Below are positions 18,561 through 28,529 of a DNA stretch of 64,000 nt, piece after piece. The notes beneath the pieces were generated by a model. It had not been told where the DNA came from, did not search any database, and worked only from the letters and a program-made list of their open reading frames with translations. The DNA lies in the NCBI GenBank assembly GCA_021162205.1, contig JAGGZE010000148.1:283-64282 (forward strand), in the 5' to 3' direction. A program made the position numbers and the translations under genes. Numbering within the stretch: the first letter of the stretch is position 1; each line of letters begins with the position of its first letter. Source of the stretch: a bacterium (GTDB taxonomy: Bacteria; UBP14; UBA6098; B30-G16).

Positions 18561-19061
18561 ATGAAAAGAGCAATCGTAGCACTTATAATTTTAATATCGG
18601 TTATAAGTTTTGCCGGGAATAAAAATGCTGAAAAGCTTATCTGGCATCCATTCGGAGATGCGAAAATTTTATCTAAGGAAAATAATAAGCCACTTATGGT
18701 AGTAGTTGTTAGCGCGAGTTGTGGATGGTGCAAAAAATATTTAAGCACCACACTTGCGGATAATGAAGTCGATGCTCAACTCGACAAATATTTTGTCGTC
18801 TCGAAAGTAAATGTATCCTCGATGAATAAAATCGAAGTCGATGGCAAAGAATATACTGAAAGGCAAATCGGTTCGATGTTTGCCGTGAGAGGTGTGCCTG
18901 CCACAATTTTTATCTCTCCATCCGATACTATTATCGCAAAATTACCCGGATATATTCCTACCGATAAATTCAAAACCATAATACAGTATTTGGGTGAAGG
19001 ATGGTATAAAGATATGACATATCAAGAATTTATCGAAAGCGATAACAAAATAAATAAATAA
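18561..19061 (+). CDS. Exported thioredoxin-fold protein (SoxW-like)
   Basis: Signal peptide; CGWC; VRGVP cis-Pro loop; PGY; GGAGG RBS. Confidence 0.85.
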   Translation: MKRAIVALIILISVISFAGNKNAEKLIWHPFGDAKILSKENNKPLMVVVVSASCGWCKKYLSTTLADNEVDAQLDKYFVVSKVNVSSMNKIEVDGKEYTERQIGSMFAVRGVPATIFISPSDTIIAKLPGYIPTDKFKTIIQYLGEGWYKDMTYQEFIESDNKINK

Positions 19062-19182
19062 TTCGACTATATATCTCGATTTTCCCACCGATAAAAGTAT
19101 ATTTTCTTAGAAATATCTCGATAGTGTATCACCGATTTTACCATAAATACTTATGTTTCCCACCCCGATATTCGAAAAAAGC

Positions 19183-19211
19183 TTGACAATATAAGGTGTC
19201 ATACATATTAT
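19183..19211 (+). promoter_or_regulatory. Sigma70-type promoter of rimO
   Basis: TTGACA (19183-88), 17-nt spacer, TATTAT (19206-11), then 6 nt to the ATG. Confidence 0.6.
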
Positions 19212-19217
19212 TATACG

Positions 19218-20561
19218 ATGTATGGGAATGAAGAAAATAGTTTTAATGTATTTTTTGCAAATCTCGGCTGTCCCAAGAACCAGGTAGATGGTCGAGTTTG
19301 GATTAATCGTCTGTCGAAATCGGGGTTTAATATTGTTGGCAATCCCGACGAGGCGGATTTTTTATTTGTCAATACCTGCGCTTTTATCGAGGATGCTCGC
19401 AAGGAATCTACCGAAATGATAGAACTGCTCGGTAAAGTCAAAAAAAAGTATAAAGATAAAAAAATATTTATTGTCGGATGCTGGGCTCAAAAAGATGGTA
19501 AAAAATTGTTTAATAAGTTCTCATTCATCGATGGTGTGCTCGGTAATCTCGATATCGATACGACATACAAGTTTTTCCTTGAAAATTATGGAAAAAACAA
19601 TAGGTTGATTTATATTCCAACCGAACCGAACAAACAGTATCCTATCGATAATGATTTACCGAACACTTATCCGTATGCCTATCTTAAAATCGCCGAGGGT
19701 TGTGATAATCATTGTTCATATTGTGTTATTCCATCGATTCGCAGTTCCTTTCGCAGTGTTCCTGTGGAAATTTTGATTGAACAGGCAAAGTTTTTAATAG
19801 ATAATAATTTTAAGGAAATCATTTTAGTTGCACAGGAAACCACTCGATACGGTCAGGACCTCGATGGAAATATCGACCTTTCATATCTAATCGAAAAATT
19901 GGATTCCCTCGATGGTGATTTTAATATTCGAGTGATGTATCTTCATCCACTTCGAGTTACAAAAAAACTTGTCGATACGATGGCGCGACTTCCCAAAGTA
20001 ATTAAATATCTCGATATTCCACTTCAGCATTATAACAGCAAAATATTGGCTCGAATGAATCGTGGATACGATTCCGAATACATCGATAAAATGCTGGATA
20101 TGATACATTCTGCGGATAGTGATTTTACACTTAGAACTACATTTATAGTCGGTTTTCCCGGCGAAAATGACGATAAATTTGAAAATTTACTAAATTTTGT
20201 TTCTAATGGCTATTTTCTTCATCAAGGGATTTTTGAATATTCACTCGAATTTGGAACAGAAGCATCTAAATTTCCCGAACGAGTTCCATCCGATGTGGCG
20301 AGTCTTCGCAAAGAGCTTTTGGAAATGGTTCAGGATGAAATAGTTATAGATAAAAATATTGAATTTGAAAACAGAGTTGTGGAAGCGATTATCGATAGGC
20401 ACACGATTCGTGAGGGAATATCTATCGCTCGAATGCTCGATGATGCTCCCGAAATAGATAGACAAATTCGAGTTCAGGGGATGCGTGAACCCGGTGAAAA
20501 AGTCAATGTAAGAATTATCAAGGCACTTACCCATAATTTCCTTGGAATTATCGAGGAATAA
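19218..20561 (+). CDS. rimO: Ribosomal protein S12 methylthiotransferase
   Basis: LGCPKN, NTCAFI, YLKIAEGCDNHCSYC (radical SAM), YLDIPLQH, RTTFIVGFPGE, APEID. Confidence 0.95.
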   Translation: MYGNEENSFNVFFANLGCPKNQVDGRVWINRLSKSGFNIVGNPDEADFLFVNTCAFIEDARKESTEMIELLGKVKKKYKDKKIFIVGCWAQKDGKKLFNKFSFIDGVLGNLDIDTTYKFFLENYGKNNRLIYIPTEPNKQYPIDNDLPNTYPYAYLKIAEGCDNHCSYCVIPSIRSSFRSVPVEILIEQAKFLIDNNFKEIILVAQETTRYGQDLDGNIDLSYLIEKLDSLDGDFNIRVMYLHPLRVTKKLVDTMARLPKVIKYLDIPLQHYNSKILARMNRGYDSEYIDKMLDMIHSADSDFTLRTTFIVGFPGENDDKFENLLNFVSNGYFLHQGIFEYSLEFGTEASKFPERVPSDVASLRKELLEMVQDEIVIDKNIEFENRVVEAIIDRHTIREGISIARMLDDAPEIDRQIRVQGMREPGEKVNVRIIKALTHNFLGIIEE

Positions 20562-20591
20562 TTTTATATCCTTTTCGGCATTTTATTCGGA

Positions 20592-21713
20592 CTAATCGCG
20601 GGTGTAGTCTATATGGATAATAGCATCGGCGATATTTTCGATTTCGATAATTTTCTCACGAATTTCGTCGGCGATTCGGTGAGCATTTTTAACTTTCATT
20701 TCGGGATCCACCACGATATCTGCTATTATGATAAAACCATTTTCTGAAACCAATGCATCGACACCGTGAAATTCCTTTATTTTATCGTAATTTGTAAGAA
20801 TTTGCCTAACTCGTGTAATAATCTCATTTTCGATTTCACTTTCATTTTCGCAAGGTTCAGTATGAATAATCACATTGGCGAGACGAGGGAATTTAGTTAT
20901 TAACACATCCCTTACTCTGTGAGAGATTATGTGAGCATCGGCGATAGACAATTCCGACGGCACGGAAATATCGATGTGAGCGAATACTTTGCCGCCAGCG
21001 GTTCGCATTTGAAGAGAATGGATTTTTTCGACAGCGGGAATCGAGATGATTGTTTGTTCGACAGCATATTCGAAGTCATCGTCGGGAGCGCCATCTAAAA
21101 GTTCGTGTCCTCCACGGGAAATTATTTTAATTCCTGTCCGTGATACCCACAATGCTACGATTGCCGATGCTACAGGGTCTCCCCAGCGAATTTTCATAAA
21201 TGATGATAGAAAAATTCCAATCAGCGCAGCCACAGATGTTAGAGCATCGGCAAACTTGTGAACAGCACCGGCTTCGAGCGCACTGCTGAAATATTTTTTC
21301 GATGCTCGATGAAGATAAAAATATGTGATTAGACATCCGATAATCGAACCGAATGCTACTAATCCTGTCCATTGCTTAGGTGTCGAAAAATTTCCTGTGT
21401 AAAGCGAAAATATGGAGCGATACAGCATAAGTATAGCACTCGATACAATCATAATCCCGACAATCGCTGTAACAAGCGATTCTGCCTTATAGTGACCATA
21501 GGGATGTTTTTTATCCGGTGGTTTCCCGGCGAACCATATACCGCCGAGAATGACAATATCCCCGACAAAATCCGTAAGCGAATCCAACGAATCCGAAATC
21601 AATGCCGAACTATGTCCAAGAATACCACCAATCAGTTTTCCAACGAAAAGAATTGTATTCATCGCAATCGCGAAAAACACTGCGGATTTTTTCTTTTTAT
21701 TTTCGTTCATCAT
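20592..21713 (-). CDS. Cation diffusion facilitator (FieF-like) with duplicated C-terminal domain
   Basis: DSLTD and HKFAD metal-site motifs, PPDKKHPYGH; two AH..S/A...IH.E/D dimerisation-type domains. Confidence 0.9.
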   Translation of the reverse strand: MMNENKKKKSAVFFAIAMNTILFVGKLIGGILGHSSALISDSLDSLTDFVGDIVILGGIWFAGKPPDKKHPYGHYKAESLVTAIVGIMIVSSAILMLYRSIFSLYTGNFSTPKQWTGLVAFGSIIGCLITYFYLHRASKKYFSSALEAGAVHKFADALTSVAALIGIFLSSFMKIRWGDPVASAIVALWVSRTGIKIISRGGHELLDGAPDDDFEYAVEQTIISIPAVEKIHSLQMRTAGGKVFAHIDISVPSELSIADAHIISHRVRDVLITKFPRLANVIIHTEPCENESEIENEIITRVRQILTNYDKIKEFHGVDALVSENGFIIIADIVVDPEMKVKNAHRIADEIREKIIEIENIADAIIHIDYTRD

Positions 21714-22489
21714 TTTAATAATCTGTTAGCCAATTTTTCAAAATCGCCCCAAAGATAATCGGTTTTTGGATGAAATAGCGAACGAAGTATATTTTTCTTT
21801 ATTTCGGGATATTCATTTTTCATTCGAGTGAGTAAATTTTTCACCCATTCTCTTCGGGTATCGCCGGCATAAGGGCAATTTTTCTCGATTGTCGGAAATA
21901 CTCGCAATTTCGCATATCGTTTGATATAATCTTCGTCGACAAGAATCATCGGGCGGATAATGTAGAAAAGTCCATCAAACAATTCCTGTTTCGGCATTAT
22001 AGCACTTATTCTGCGTGAAAATAGAATATTTAGTAAAAATGTTTCGATTAAATCGTCCTTATGATGTCCCAATGTGATAAATTTGGCATCGAGTGATTGT
22101 GCTGTTTCGAGCAAAGTTTTTCTTCGCATTCTCGAACAGGTAAAACACGGTGGAAATGGATTTTCATCCGACTGCACCGATTTTGCAATCGAATGTTTCT
22201 CGATAATTTGCAATTTCATTTCCCGATTAGTGCAAAATCGCTTAATCGCATCGATTTTATCGTTATCGATAGGGAAAAATCCCGCATCGACAAAAACAGG
22301 AACAAACTCGATTTTTTTTCGCCATCGTTTCGATAACTCGAACATAATATCGACAAGAACGAGACTATCTGCTCCACCTGATAGACCGATAACCACTTTG
22401 CTGCAATCGGGGAACATCCCGAATATCGACGATGTTTTAGCAGCACGGCGAAGAATAAGCGTTTTTAATTTATTCGGGGATAAAATCAT
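21710..22489 (-). CDS. TtcA-family tRNA thiolation protein (PP-loop ATPase)
   Basis: SGGADS, PCFTCSRMRR, GHHKDD, IIRP, CPY. ATG 22489 overlaps the fabG stop. Confidence 0.85.
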   Translation of the reverse strand: MILSPNKLKTLILRRAAKTSSIFGMFPDCSKVVIGLSGGADSLVLVDIMFELSKRWRKKIEFVPVFVDAGFFPIDNDKIDAIKRFCTNREMKLQIIEKHSIAKSVQSDENPFPPCFTCSRMRRKTLLETAQSLDAKFITLGHHKDDLIETFLLNILFSRRISAIMPKQELFDGLFYIIRPMILVDEDYIKRYAKLRVFPTIEKNCPYAGDTRREWVKNLLTRMKNEYPEIKKNILRSLFHPKTDYLWGDFEKLANRLLK

Positions 22490-23226
22490 ATCGCCATTCC
22501 GCCATCCACACGGATAATCTCGCCAGTGATATAATCGCTTTCGGGAGAACACAGAAACATAACGAGTTCGGCGACATCGTCGGGTTTGCCGGGATATTTC
22601 AGTGGAGTTGCCTGCAAAAATTCATCGACCGCTTTCTCTGGAAGATTTTTCGTCATCTCGGTCTCGATAAATCCAGGTGCGACAGCATTGCAGCGGATTC
22701 CACGCGATGCGAGTTCCTTAGCGGTGCTTTTTGTCAATCCAATAATACCCGCTTTCGATGCCGAATAGTTTGCCTGAGCGGCATTGCCGAATATCCCCAC
22801 GACAGATGAGATATTCACGATTTTCCCATAGCGATTTTTCATCATCGGGCGAACGATTGCTTTGGTGAACAGGAATGCCCCTTTCAAATTAACTGCAAGC
22901 ACGATATCCCAATCATCGGGGGGCATTCGCATAATGAGATTATCGCGAGTGATACCCGCATTATTGATTAGAATATCTATTCTGCCGAATTTCTCGACAA
23001 TGCTGTCGGTAGTCTGTTTGACATCGTTCCAGTTCGAGACATCGCATTTGAAATATTCAGCGATTCCATTAGATGATACGATTTCATCATGGCGAGCTGA
23101 CAGGTCGTTCTCATTGATATCGACGAGTGCGATTTTTGCACCGTGCGATGCCAGCTTTTTCGCTATCGCCGCACCGATTCCTCGCCCCGAACCTGTGATT
23201 ATCGCGACTTTGTCCGTAAGATGCAT
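22486..23226 (-). CDS. fabG: 3-oxoacyl-ACP reductase
   Basis: TGSGRGIG, NNAGITRD, GNAAQANYSASK, VAPGFIETEMT, VDGGM. Confidence 0.96.
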   Translation of the reverse strand: MHLTDKVAIITGSGRGIGAAIAKKLASHGAKIALVDINENDLSARHDEIVSSNGIAEYFKCDVSNWNDVKQTTDSIVEKFGRIDILINNAGITRDNLIMRMPPDDWDIVLAVNLKGAFLFTKAIVRPMMKNRYGKIVNISSVVGIFGNAAQANYSASKAGIIGLTKSTAKELASRGIRCNAVAPGFIETEMTKNLPEKAVDEFLQATPLKYPGKPDDVAELVMFLCSPESDYITGEIIRVDGGMAI

Positions 23227-23304
23227 TATATCCTCCTTTTCCTTTGATTTCTTGCAATTTTCGCTTAATTTATATCATAAAAACAATTTAGTCAAAATAA
23301 TTCG

Positions 23305-24210
23305 ATGGATTTAGAAAGTTATATACCAGAATTTTTGCTGCATATCGGTAAGGAACGCAATTTCGCTGCTGGCACGGTGGAATATTACGATGTCGATTTG
23401 AAGCAGTTCGTCGATTTCCTCCAAACCGAATTCCCCGATGGTCTCGAAAATCCGAAATCTATAGATATAATCGTTCTGCGAGCATATATAGCGGGTCTCG
23501 TTCAATCGGGATACAAAACTGGAACGATTCATCGTAAAATCGATGTTCTGCGGTCGTTTTTCAAATTCCTATACAACCGAAATGTAATCGATGTGAACTA
23601 TATCAAACATATAAAGCTTCCCAAAATGCCGAAGAAATTTCCATCGTTTTTAGATTTTGCACAAGCGAACAAGGCGATGGAACTTCCAGATACATCGAAA
23701 CCACTCGGACTGCGAGATAAGGCGGTAATGGAACTTCTATATGCCACAGGTATCCGCCGCAGCGAACTCGTGGGACTTAATCTCGACGATGTCGATTTCC
23801 CGCAGATGCGAATAAAGGTGTTCGGCAAGGGTTCTAAAGAACGAATCGTCCCATTCAACGAATCTGCGAAAAATGCGATGGAAGAATATTTATCTCGTGC
23901 GAGACCGCTGTTCGACAAATCGGGCAGTGCGAAGGCATTGTTCCTAACCCGCAATGGCACGAGAGTATCCCCGCAAGATGTTTATAAAATCGTCCGCAAG
24001 TATCTGACGCAGGTAACCGATGGCAAACGCAGTCCGCATGTTTTGAGGCATACATTCGCCACGCATTTGCTCGAAAATGGTGCCGACCTTATGGCAATCA
24101 AGGAATTGTTGGGGCACGAATCCATTGCCACTACGCAGATATACACTCATACGACAATCGAACATCTGCGGGAAATCTACCGCAAAGCCCATCCTAAAGG
24201 CGACAAATAA
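23305..24210 (+). CDS. xerC: Tyrosine recombinase XerC-like
   Basis: RD.A..ELLYATGIRRSE, GKGSKER, SPHVLRHTFATH, LLGH...TTQIYTH. Confidence 0.88.
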   Translation: MDLESYIPEFLLHIGKERNFAAGTVEYYDVDLKQFVDFLQTEFPDGLENPKSIDIIVLRAYIAGLVQSGYKTGTIHRKIDVLRSFFKFLYNRNVIDVNYIKHIKLPKMPKKFPSFLDFAQANKAMELPDTSKPLGLRDKAVMELLYATGIRRSELVGLNLDDVDFPQMRIKVFGKGSKERIVPFNESAKNAMEEYLSRARPLFDKSGSAKALFLTRNGTRVSPQDVYKIVRKYLTQVTDGKRSPHVLRHTFATHLLENGADLMAIKELLGHESIATTQIYTHTTIEHLREIYRKAHPKGDK

Positions 24211-24219
24211 CACATTTCA

Positions 24220-24241
24220 GGCACCCGTTCGGGTGTTTTTA
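24220..24241 (+). terminator. Intrinsic terminator after xerC
   Basis: GGCACCC-GTTC-GGGTGTT hairpin followed by a T run. Confidence 0.6.
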
Positions 24242-24653
24242 TCGAAGCGATATTTTCGAATTTTTACTTGACTTTGAGAAAATATTGTTATAATATATAA
24301 AAATCGAAAAAAGGCGGAGGTATTATGATTAAAGGAAATAAAGGATTTTCCCAATAAATTATAGCAAAATAATAGGTCTGGAAATATAAATTGTTGGAAT
24401 TATGAGAGATAGAGAAAATTGAGAATTGTAAGAGCGCAAAATTCCACGCCCCTGCGAAAATGTAAATAATCACGAGTCAAAGTTTGCAGGACTGTCGCAG
24501 ATTATAATCGACCAGCTCATTAAAACTTTTTAACCTGATACCATCTGCAAAAAAAGAGACATTATTTTCGATAAGAGATATTGACATTTAAATTATTATT
24601 GGTATTATATTGATGGATATAATCGAAATAGTTTTAAAAAGAGGTGATTTCCA

Positions 24654-27600
24654 ATGAAAAAGTTAGCAGCAATTTTAATTTTCGTAGGACTTATCGTTTA
24701 TGGTCAGTTGATTGGCAGTGTTTCACCGTCGGTTGGTGCACAGGGCGATAATCTTACGATAACAATTTTCGGCAGTGGTTTTGTCGCTACTCCAACAGCA
24801 GATTTCGGCGCAGGCATCTCGATTACATCGGTAACATATTTTACACCATCGCTTATAAATGTGAATATTTCGATTTCGCCGACCGCTTTACTCGGTTTCA
24901 GAGATGTGATTATCACAAATCCCGGCGGTGGTGCAGATACGGTTGTCGATGGTTTCGAGGTAGTTGCGGAAACAGACCCGCCGACAGTATTCCCCATATT
25001 TCCACCGCATTGTGGAATGATAATTTCCTGCCACGATACATCGATAATCATCGGACTTTTCGATGAAAATGGTATCGATGACACCACTTTGCAACTTGTA
25101 GTCGATGGAATTACTTATACATCGTCCGACCCCGAGGTTGTGATTTTAGGCGATTCACTTTTATATTTTTTCCCAACGACCTGGTTCACAGATGGAGATA
25201 CAATCGATTTCTCGATTTTAAGAATCGCAGATACTTTTGGAAATGTTGCGATAATGCCGATTGTGTGCAGTTTTATTGTCGATACAATGCCTCCGGCACT
25301 TACCGAACCAGTTCCTCCGATGAATACCAGTATCCGCGATTTAACACCCACAGTTTTAATCCCTGTTACAGACAATATTTCAGGTGTCGATAGCACATCT
25401 TTTGAATTGACGATTATCACTCCCGATGGCGATACTATCACATATCATTATGGCGATATGCCTATTACCTGGGATAGGGATACTTTTGTTTGGGAGGCTG
25501 GTATTGCAGGATTGAGTTTCGAGGAAAATGATACGATAATTATTTGTTTTTCCGCCAGTGACCTTGTCGGTGACGATGGCTGCGGAGCGAACAGTATGGA
25601 CACTTGCTGGTTATACTGGTTTCATGTGCCGCCACCTGCAGATGTAGATTTAATTATCGACCAAGTTTATACCGACCAATTCCCGCTCGTTTCTGCATTT
25701 TGCCTCGTTATGGATGAATACGATAACACTATCGCTGGACTCGATGAGAGCAATTTCACTGTCGATGAGGATTATGGTGCCAGTTGGATAAATCAATATC
25801 CTATAATCGCATATCTTCGCGGAGGTGGTGGAATGGCTGATATCGTATTCTGCATAGATATTACAGGTAGCATGTATACTATGATGGACGATGTTGTCGC
25901 TGGCTTGCACGATTTTGCTGAATCGCTTGCTGTTGCCGGAATTTCATATCGTTTGGGAATGGATTCTTTCGGTGATAGTGTTTATTTCCCTTATGGATAC
26001 GAATTGACAGGGGATATAGCTACTTTCGAGGGTTGGGTTACCGCTCTTCATTTTGGTGGTGGTGGCGATGGTCCCGAAGTTTCGCTCGATGCTATTATGG
26101 AAGCTGTCGATTCGATGCATTTCAGATATGGTGCAACAATTGTTACTATTATGGTTACAGATGCTGCACCTCATTATATCGGCAGTTCTTCGGAATGGTC
26201 GATAACTCCACCTGAACCTTCCCATTATACTCCCGAGCAGGTTTATAACAATCTTATTGCAAATAGAGTTGTTAGTTATGTTATTGCTGACACAGACTGG
26301 TATTCTCCCAGCGAATATTATTATCTTTGCAGCGATAGCACAGGTGGACAATTTTTCGGATGGAGTGGTGCTGGTGATTTCAATTTAATTCTCCCTCTAA
26401 TCAGCGAATCGATTAGAGGTGGATATATGGTAACTTGGTCGTCTGCTCATCCTATTGCCGACTGCACTATGCGAAATGTGAAAATTAAAGTCGGGTTAGA
26501 GGGATTATACGGACCGATTTCCGACCAGGACCAAAGTCAATATCTTGCTCCTTGTTCTCCAATAGCGACAATTATCGAACCATTGCCAGATACCTGGACA
26601 TCGGACTCGCTTCAGGGAGTTATGATGAGTTTTGCGGAACTCGACGATTCTGTAAATTCAGCTTCTATTCTATTTATGGTGAATGGTTCTATTTATAACA
26701 CATGGGGTTCTCCACAATTGATTTATACGCATCCGTTCTTGAACTGGACTGCGGTAACTCCATTTACAAATAATCAAATGGTCGGTGTCGAACTTGTTAG
26801 ACTTATGGATTCGCAGGGTAATCTTCCATTCACGGGACCGATACATTGGAATTTTCGTGTCGACCTTCTGCCGCCAAGAATTGCAAACCAATTGCCTGCT
26901 CCCGGTGAAATTGTTACAAATCATCAGCAACCCATTTGTTTCGATATATGGGATAATGAATCGGGATTGAACTGGGATGCACTTTTGGTCGGCATAGATT
27001 GTGCTGAAAGTAGATTGCATTGGCCGCCGCTTCTTACAACTCTTTCGACGACGAGTGCAGGTGTTACTATTTCTGGAAATCAGTTCTGCTGGGACCCATC
27101 TGTCGAGGGATTTTCATTCAAGGATAGGGATACTGTTTGCATAACATTATTGCGTGTTTTTGATAGTCCCGATTATGGCGAACCGAATGAATTGCCCGAT
27201 TCTCTTACAAGATGGTGTTTCTATATCCCCGATGACGATACACTTTGCCCCGAATTTTCTATACCATCGCCCGATTCGAATACTCAATTGCCGACAAATT
27301 TACCATTTACGATTAGCGATACGATTACGGATGAATCGGGTGTTTGGAATGCTTGGATAGAATATGATACCGATGGTTCTGTCGATGATGGAACATTTGA
27401 AACTGTTCCAATAACATTGGTGAGTGGCGATTTATTTTCCACAGATTTCGATGGTCAGCCTGAAATGATAGATTTCGTCTATAGGATTTGTGCTTGCGAT
27501 GCCGATACCGACAATAGCGATTATACCGATTCATCTTGCTGCTGTTCCGATGTTATGCCACTTTATTTCGGTTTCGGTCCTCAGGCAGAAATTATCGAAC

Positions 27601-28505
27601 CTAAGCAAGATTCTACATCGACTAATTATAATCAGCGAATCGTTATGCGAATTTTCGATGACGATGCAGGTGTGGATACGAGCACGATTCGACTCGAGGT
27701 CGCAGGGAATGTTCATAATTATAATTCTGTCGATTTCAGTTATATAGTCGATACAATGATATTTACTCCGCCGCCATCCGCATATTTTACCGATGGTGAA
27801 TCTGTCGAGGTTGCACTTTTGACTGCCGATGATTTTGCAGGGAATCATCTTCGAGGCGGCGAGAATTATCGATGGAAATTTTTCGTCGATTTAACTCCAC
27901 CTGTTGTATTGAGCACCGACCCTATCGAGGGACAGATAATCGAGGACAACCATTATGATATAGTATTCGATTTGAACGACCATTGGCGTCGAGTGGATTC
28001 ATCCACAATTTCGATTGGAATAAGCTCGAGGACATTCGATTATGGCGATGCCGGTGTTGTTTGGGATCCTGCATCGCAAGTTGTTAGACTAATTCCCGAA
28101 AATGCCGACCCAGAACTTGTCTATCCTAATGGAGATACTGTTTGCGCGACAATTACCTGCGCGGATATTCCCCCCGATTATGGAATGGTGAATAATATGA
28201 CGGAATTTCAGCTATGTTTTATATTCGTTATAAGCACCTGCGATTGCCGTCCGACTATACTTACTCCTAATGGCGATGGAATAAACGATATAGCGTATTT
28301 CCAATATCCGAGAATGATTTTTGGGAACGGGATAATTCATATCTATGAAATGGGTGGTGAAGAAATCTGGGCATCGGAACCCGGTGCTACTACTTGGAAT
28401 TGTCATTCGTCCACGGGGCATATTGTTAGCGCTGGCATATATATGTATTCTATCATTGTCGATGAAGAAACGGTTTGCAGTGGAACTCTCACTGTGGTTA
28501 GATAA
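24654..28505 (+). CDS. Large secreted adhesin-like protein: IPT-like domain, Cys-containing Ig-like repeats, VWA domain, type-B T9SS-like (gliding motility-associated) C-terminal domain
   Basis: Signal peptide; DIVFCIDITGSM MIDAS-like motif with GGGGDGPE and VTDA; repeats similar to the 47024 protein; ILTPNGDGIND...GIYMY...GTLTVVR tail. Confidence 0.85.
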   Translation: MKKLAAILIFVGLIVYGQLIGSVSPSVGAQGDNLTITIFGSGFVATPTADFGAGISITSVTYFTPSLINVNISISPTALLGFRDVIITNPGGGADTVVDGFEVVAETDPPTVFPIFPPHCGMIISCHDTSIIIGLFDENGIDDTTLQLVVDGITYTSSDPEVVILGDSLLYFFPTTWFTDGDTIDFSILRIADTFGNVAIMPIVCSFIVDTMPPALTEPVPPMNTSIRDLTPTVLIPVTDNISGVDSTSFELTIITPDGDTITYHYGDMPITWDRDTFVWEAGIAGLSFEENDTIIICFSASDLVGDDGCGANSMDTCWLYWFHVPPPADVDLIIDQVYTDQFPLVSAFCLVMDEYDNTIAGLDESNFTVDEDYGASWINQYPIIAYLRGGGGMADIVFCIDITGSMYTMMDDVVAGLHDFAESLAVAGISYRLGMDSFGDSVYFPYGYELTGDIATFEGWVTALHFGGGGDGPEVSLDAIMEAVDSMHFRYGATIVTIMVTDAAPHYIGSSSEWSITPPEPSHYTPEQVYNNLIANRVVSYVIADTDWYSPSEYYYLCSDSTGGQFFGWSGAGDFNLILPLISESIRGGYMVTWSSAHPIADCTMRNVKIKVGLEGLYGPISDQDQSQYLAPCSPIATIIEPLPDTWTSDSLQGVMMSFAELDDSVNSASILFMVNGSIYNTWGSPQLIYTHPFLNWTAVTPFTNNQMVGVELVRLMDSQGNLPFTGPIHWNFRVDLLPPRIANQLPAPGEIVTNHQQPICFDIWDNESGLNWDALLVGIDCAESRLHWPPLLTTLSTTSAGVTISGNQFCWDPSVEGFSFKDRDTVCITLLRVFDSPDYGEPNELPDSLTRWCFYIPDDDTLCPEFSIPSPDSNTQLPTNLPFTISDTITDESGVWNAWIEYDTDGSVDDGTFETVPITLVSGDLFSTDFDGQPEMIDFVYRICACDADTDNSDYTDSSCCCSDVMPLYFGFGPQAEIIEPKQDSTSTNYNQRIVMRIFDDDAGVDTSTIRLEVAGNVHNYNSVDFSYIVDTMIFTPPPSAYFTDGESVEVALLTADDFAGNHLRGGENYRWKFFVDLTPPVVLSTDPIEGQIIEDNHYDIVFDLNDHWRRVDSSTISIGISSRTFDYGDAGVVWDPASQVVRLIPENADPELVYPNGDTVCATITCADIPPDYGMVNNMTEFQLCFIFVISTCDCRPTILTPNGDGINDIAYFQYPRMIFGNGIIHIYEMGGEEIWASEPGATTWNCHSSTGHIVSAGIYMYSIIVDEETVCSGTLTVVR

Positions 28506-28529
28506 TTACTGCGAAAGGAAATTATAAAA

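Noticed and set aside
23305-24210. xerC as integrase of an island carrying the adhesin locus
   Set aside because: It looks like a housekeeping XerC/D. I saw no att repeats, tRNA or dif site, and the downstream genes share the host TCGA/GATC signature.
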